Below are positions 57,110 to 64,000 of a stretch of DNA of 64,000 nucleotides, piece by piece (within the stretch, counting starts at the first letter, position 1; the number at the start of each line of letters is the position of its first letter). Under the pieces are notes generated by a model. It had not been told where the DNA came from and made no database searches. It worked only from the letters and a program-made list of their open reading frames with translations. The position numbers and the translations under genes are program-made. Origin of the DNA: Eledone cirrhosa (taxonomy: Eukaryota); assembly GCA_964016885.1 (NCBI GenBank), contig OZ024765.1:558001-622000 (forward strand), read 5' to 3'.

Positions 57110-57690
57110 AAAGTCAAGTTTGGCAGGATTTGAAGTCAGACCGACGCTCTACCGACACTGCCAATCCACCGACCTAATAATAATAATAATTATTATTATT
57201 TTTACTTTTGCTCAAGGCCGGCAATATATCACAGTGTATTACTGGTACTTTATTTTATCGACCCTGTAAGCATGAAAGACAAAGTTATCCTCGGCAGGAT
57301 TTGAACTCAGACCATAAAGGGACGTAACTCTATGCGGCAAAGCCCGACTCTCTACTGATACTGCCATCCACAGCCATCTTGAAATAACGCCACCTCCGTA
57401 ACCGTCACCTTGTTATTTGCAAGCGCATTGTATATGCTCTTTAAATGTTAATTGTTTCTACTTTTGGCACAAGGCCAGCAGCTACCCAGTGTATTACTGG
57501 TACTTTACACTGGGTAAATGTTAATAATGGTTTCTTATATAGGCACAAGGCTAACATTTTTGGGGGAGGGGAAAGTCGATTAAATCGTCCCCAGTGCGTG
57601 ACTGTTACTTTAGTTAACCTCGTTAGGATTTGAACTCAGACAGTAAAGGGATGTCCGACTCTCAACTAATACTGCCAATCCACCGCCATC
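57110..57690 (-). mobile_element. Cluster of SINE family B copies and fragments
   Basis: GGATTTGAACTCAGAC, TATTACTGGTACTTTA and GGCACAAGGC recur. Confidence 0.8.
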
Positions 57691-57952
57691 TTGAAATAAC
57701 GCCACTTTCGTAACCGTCTCCTTTTTATTGGCAAAAACGCAGTATGTGCTCTTTAAGTGGTAATATTAGACATTCTTTGAATTCTTCGACGTTTTAACTC
57801 TTCTTATCAATCCAGAATTAATAAAAATAATAGTAATAAATATGTTAATATTTTGAAATCAAAATGTCAAATTGTCTTGTTAGATTTTTAACTAAAACGA
57901 AAAAATAAAATATAAAATATATATATATATCTTTTTATTTTGAAAAATATTT

Positions 57953-57989
<37 letters not shown>

Positions 57990-58032
57990 AAAATATATTT
58001 TTTATATATATATATATTTAAAAATATATTTT

Positions 58033-58076
<44 letters not shown>

Positions 58077-58558
58077 TTGTTTTTTATGGAAAAATTTATA
58101 TTTTATATATAAGTATATATTTTATATATAAGTATATATATATATATACACACACGCTCACGCACACACACATATACATTAAAATACATCAAAACAAAAT
58201 ATCCTATCCCACACCCACATTTTTCTTTTCCTAAAAATCTCTGAGTGCGTTATTTAGTAATATTTAAAAAGTTCCTATAAATAAAAAGAAACGAGAGAAC
58301 CGAAACAAAACTAAAAGACGTTTCTTAAGCTGACGTTTGAAGCCAAAATTCTTGCAAACAAAATTTTAGATTTAACACAGTTAGGCAATCTACGGAGACA
58401 ATTGATTCTGTTCGATCGATTTTATTTATTGTGTGTTTACCTATTTAAGAATTATATTTTCATTTGTAATATTTGGTGGGTTTTGTTTGATATGTTTGTA
58501 TGTTTCCGTGTTTGTGTGTTAGTGTTTGTGTTTGTTTTATCTATAAATTCTTCAGATT

Positions 58559-58713
<155 letters not shown>

Positions 58714-59015
58714 TTCTTTCTCTGGCTCTTGCTTTCTTTCTTTCTTTCACTTTCTTTCTCTGCCTCTCTCTCTCTGTTTCTCCGTATCTCCCTCCCTGTC
58801 TCTGTCTTTCTCTCTCTCCCCCTCTCCCTATTTATATCAATCCTTTTACCTCTCTCTCTATTTCATATATCATTATCTTATTTTATATTTCTATATCTCT
58901 TTCAATTTATGACAGAATTTTGCACTCAATCTATATATATATATATATATGTATATATGTGTGTGTGTGTGTGTGTGTATGTGTGTATATATATATATGT
59001 GTATGTACACATATA

Positions 59016-59048
<33 letters not shown>

Positions 59049-59054
59049 GTATGT

Positions 59055-59102
<48 letters not shown>

Positions 59103-59107
59103 GTGTG

Positions 59108-59143
<36 letters not shown>

Positions 59144-60770
59144 GTGTGTATATATATATATATGTGTGGTGTGTATGTATGTGTGTACATATGTGTTTGG
59201 TGTGTATATATGTGTATGTGTGTCTATATATATATATACATATATATATAGAGAGATTTTATAGATAAATGTTTCCGCTCAATCAGTCTCTCTCTCCTAC
59301 CCCCCCCCTATCCCCCATCTCCCTCTCCTTCTCTCTCTCTCTCTCTCCTTCTCTCTCTCTCTCTCCTTCTCTCTCTCTCCCCTTCTCTCTCTCTCTCCTT
59401 CTCTCTCTCTCTCCTTCTCTCTCTCTCTCTCTCAGAAATATTAACTCATATCGGAGAAAACCATAACAACCGCAACAATAACTATACTAACACCAACATC
59501 ACCACACCACACCACACCACACCACCACCAACAACAACAACTACACTACCACACAACCACCACACCACACCACCACCAACAACAATAACTACACTACCAC
59601 ACAACCACCACCGGCACCAACACCACCGAAACACTCCAACAACAACAAAACCGTCACCAACATCAATAACAACTGTACCAAAACGAACCCCCCCCCCAAA
59701 AAAAAAGCCACCCAGCCATACACACGTCCCCACACCACCACTACCACAAAACCAACAACAGCAGCAGCACCACCACCACTCCCACCACCACAGCACCAAC
59801 ACCAACAACAACAACAGTGATACTAATAACAATACAACATGGCGGCTACAACACAGTTTAAGATGGCGACCAAGAAGCTTTCAAAAATATTTATCCGTAC
59901 CACATTCTTTTAATAGGATTTGTCAGGTCTTTACACATCACCGCCGCCCCGCCATCCACGACCACCACCAACAATACACCTCCACCATTACTACACACCA
60001 CCACCGAACCTCCATCTATGACCACCATCACCACACACACATCCATTCACGACTACAACCACCACCTCCACCATTATAACTACCACTGCCGCCCCTCCAT
60101 CAATGACTACCACCACCTCTAACACCACCTCTACCTCCACCGTTATTACCACCACTACCATTACTACACTACCCCACCCCAGCCATGGCTACCACCACAG
60201 CCACCACACCACCACCTCCACCATTATAACTACCAATGCCGCCCCTCCATGACTACCACCACCTCTACAAACACCTCCACCATTATTCCTAATGCCCACA
60301 GCTTTTCCTTTTGTGTTCCTACAAAGCAGTAAATAGCGAGTATGGTATAAACACACACACACCACCACAAACAACAACAACACTACCACACCACCACCGC
60401 CATCATTACTATTATTAATAATTTATTATTCGTCTTTCTCCTGCCCCCCCCCCCCCCCCCCTTCACTTCGTCTTTCTGTAGCAGCTGTGATTATAATAAA
60501 TGTTTACATCAACAAGAACAACAACAATATATATAATGATATTAATAATAATTTCATGTATATATATATATATATATATATATAAATACACATACATATA
60601 TATATATATAAATACACATACATATATATATATAAATACACATACATATATATATATATAAATACACATACATATATATATATATAAATATATATATAAT
60701 ATATATATATAAATACACATACATATATATATATAAATATATATAAATGTATATATATATATATACACAC

Positions 60771-60814
<44 letters not shown>

Positions 60815-60977
60815 AAAGTTATATTTAAATTGTTGGGTTAACAACGAGTAAATATTTATAACTGATATAAAAGCACTCAACAAGTATTTGGAGTATATTT
60901 ATGATATCATATAAATATATATATATTTATGATATCATATATATATATATTTATGATATCATATATATATATATATA

Positions 60978-61014
<37 letters not shown>

Positions 61015-61221
61015 TATATGCATATATATAAATACACATACATATATATATAAATACACATACATATATATATAAATATATATAAATATATATACATATA
61101 TATATGCATATATATAAATACACATACATATATATATAAATACACATACATATATATATATATATATAATTATATATATATATATATAATTTCTATACTT
61201 TAATTTATATATATATATATG

Positions 61222-61267
<46 letters not shown>

Positions 61268-61366
61268 TTAATTTCTATACTTTAATTTATATATATATAT
61301 ATATGTATAATATATATATAAATAAACATACACACATATATATATATATATAATTTCTATACTTTA

Positions 61367-61401
<35 letters not shown>

Positions 61402-61485
61402 GTATAATATATATATATAAATACACATACACATATATATATAATTTCTATACTTTAATTTATATATATATATATATATAAATAC

Positions 61486-61549
<64 letters not shown>

Positions 61550-61754
61550 TATATATACATATATATATACATATTTATATATATATACACATATATATAT
61601 ATACATATATATATACATATTTATATATATATATATAAATATACATATATATATACATATTTATATATATATATATAAATATACATATATATATACATAT
61701 TTATATATATATATATATAAATATATATATATATACACATATATATATATACAC

Positions 61755-61785
<31 letters not shown>

Positions 61786-61802
61786 CATATTTATATATAT
61801 AC

Positions 61803-61833
<31 letters not shown>

Positions 61834-61850
61834 CATATTTATATATATAC

Positions 61851-61883
<33 letters not shown>

Positions 61884-61889
61884 CATATT

Positions 61890-61922
<33 letters not shown>

Positions 61923-61942
61923 ACATATATATAGATAGATAT

Positions 61943-62022
61943 ATGAACTCAGACCGTAAAAGGCCATAACTCTGTGCTGCAAATCATGATGTTTGATGCT
62001 CTAAAGATACTGCCAAATCACC
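61943..62022 (-). mobile_element. SINE family B head fragment
   Basis: TGAACTCAGACCGTAAAAGGCCATAACTCTGTGCTGCAAA...ATACTGCCAA. Confidence 0.75.
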
Positions 62023-62251
62023 GGCCTTATCGTTACAATAATAATAACCATCATCATCATCACCATTAATTATCATCATCATCACCATTATCATCATCAT
62101 CATCATCAACACCATTAATTATCATCATCACCATCATCATCATCATCATCATCATTTATGTATTATCTCTATAATGTTATTTTCCTACTGTTTCCAGGTT
62201 ACAACTCTTTCATTCTACATGTATGTATATATATATGCCTGTATGTGTATA

Positions 62252-62290
<39 letters not shown>

Positions 62291-62347
62291 GCTATGTATG
62301 TATATATATATATATATATACATATATACATTCAGGCATATATATGC

Positions 62348-62387
<40 letters not shown>

Positions 62388-62452
62388 GCGTGTATAATAT
62401 ATGGTTTATATATATGCTTATGAATACATAGATATATACACATGTATATATG

Positions 62453-62509
<57 letters not shown>

Positions 62510-63479
62510 CATTGTCATTTAGACTTTTGTAAGATTTACTTTGTGTCTGGAATAGATTTTCTTGTTCTATAAGTAATGTTGTTTATATAATTGTGGTGGT
62601 GGTGGTGGTAGGGGGGGGACAATGGTGTGGTGGTGGTGGTGGTGGTGATGTTGTTAGTGGCGTTGTTGTTTGTGTTGTAGTTGTTGTTGCTTGTGTTGTT
62701 GTTGTTGCTTGTGTTGTTGCTGTGATGTATTGGTGGTGTTTTACCGGTGGTGTTGGTGTTCTTGTTCGCTATGGTGCTGTTGTTGTTCTTGTTGTTGCTG
62801 CTATTGTTCTTGTTGTTGCTGCTATTGTTCTTGATGTTGCTGCTACTGCTGTTGTTGTTTTTGCTGCTGCTAACTGCTGGTGATGGTGGTTGCTTTTGTT
62901 GTTGCTACTACTGTTGATGTTGCTGTGTTGTATTGGTGGTGTTGTTGCGGTGGTGTTCTTGTTCGTGATGGTGCTGTTGTTGTTCTTGTTGCTGCTGCTG
63001 TTGTTGCTGCTGTTGTTGCTTCTGCTGCTACTGCTGGTGATGGTGGTTGCTTTTGTTGTTGCTACTACTGTTGATGTTGGTTGTGGTGAAGACATTGTTG
63101 CTACTGCTCTTATAGCTATGGCTGCTGTTGCTGCTGCTGTTGCTGCTGTTGCTAGTGCTGCTGTTGATGTTGCTGCTATTGCTGGTGGTAGCAGCAGTGA
63201 AGGTTGTTGTTGCTGTTGTTGTTGTTGTTGTTACATAGATGCGATTATTTGCCGGCCTCCGTTAAACAATGGACACTATTGTATCTCTGTATAGAATGAA
63301 TAATTGTCTGCAAGACATGCTAATTCACAATTCCACAAACAATTGTGCACAAACACTAAACACATATACAGACATATGTATATATATATATATATATATA
63401 CATATATGTATGTATATGTGTATATATATGTATGTATATATATATATATATATATACATATATGTATGTATATGTGTAT

Positions 63480-63790
63480 ATATATATATATATGTGTATA
63501 TATATATATATGTATATGTGTATATATATATATATGTATATGTGTATATATATATATATGTATATGTGTATATATATATATATGTATATGTGTATATATA
63601 TATATATGTATATGTGTATATATATATATATGTATATGTGTATATATATATATATGTATATGTGTATATATATATATATGTATATGTGTATATATATATA
63701 TATGTATATGTGTATATATATATATATGTATATGTGTATATATATATATATGTATATGTGTATATATATATATATGTATATGTGTATATG
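63480..63790. repeat. 24-bp higher-order TA/TG repeat
   Basis: The ICICVYIY period in the ORF track corresponds to a 24-nt unit. Confidence 0.85.
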
Positions 63791-63920
63791 TATATATATA
63801 TGTGTGTGTATATGTATATATGTATATACGTATGTATATATGTGTATATACGTATGTATATATGTGTATATGTATATAAGTATGTGTATATGTGTATATG
63901 TATATCTGTATGTATGTCTG

Positions 63921-63995
<75 letters not shown>

Positions 63996-64000
63996 GTATG

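Overview
Very AT-rich eukaryotic, mostly intergenic/intronic DNA dominated by microsatellites. The SINE families and repeat spectrum resemble an octopus (coleoid cephalopod) genome, which is an inference. Almost all ORFs in the track are translations of simple repeats. Real content: (1) L1/Tx1-clade LINE pieces: a decayed 5' half with an ORF1 CCHC knuckle and APE endonuclease (18.1-20.7 kb), an uninterrupted 562-aa RT/zinc-finger 3' half on the minus strand (30.2-32.2 kb), an identical 131-bp 3'-end copy in the same GATA/TACA array, and older 3' ends at 24 kb. (2) An R4/Dong-like RLE LINE whose 3' ends pile up in (CATA)n tracts. (3) Two tRNA-derived SINE families and Tc1/mariner MITE/TIR remnants. 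(4) Minimal type I hammerhead-ribozyme motifs in short elements between TA tracts; the best lies in a ~320-nt partial-tandem, retrozyme/Penelope-like unit at 17.5-17.9 kb. (5) Fold-back elements and a 2.9-kb strand-switching (TA)n-CWG satellite. (6) A speculative, phase-consistent chain of small + strand exons. The main theme is microsatellites acting as apparent targets for several different retroelements.
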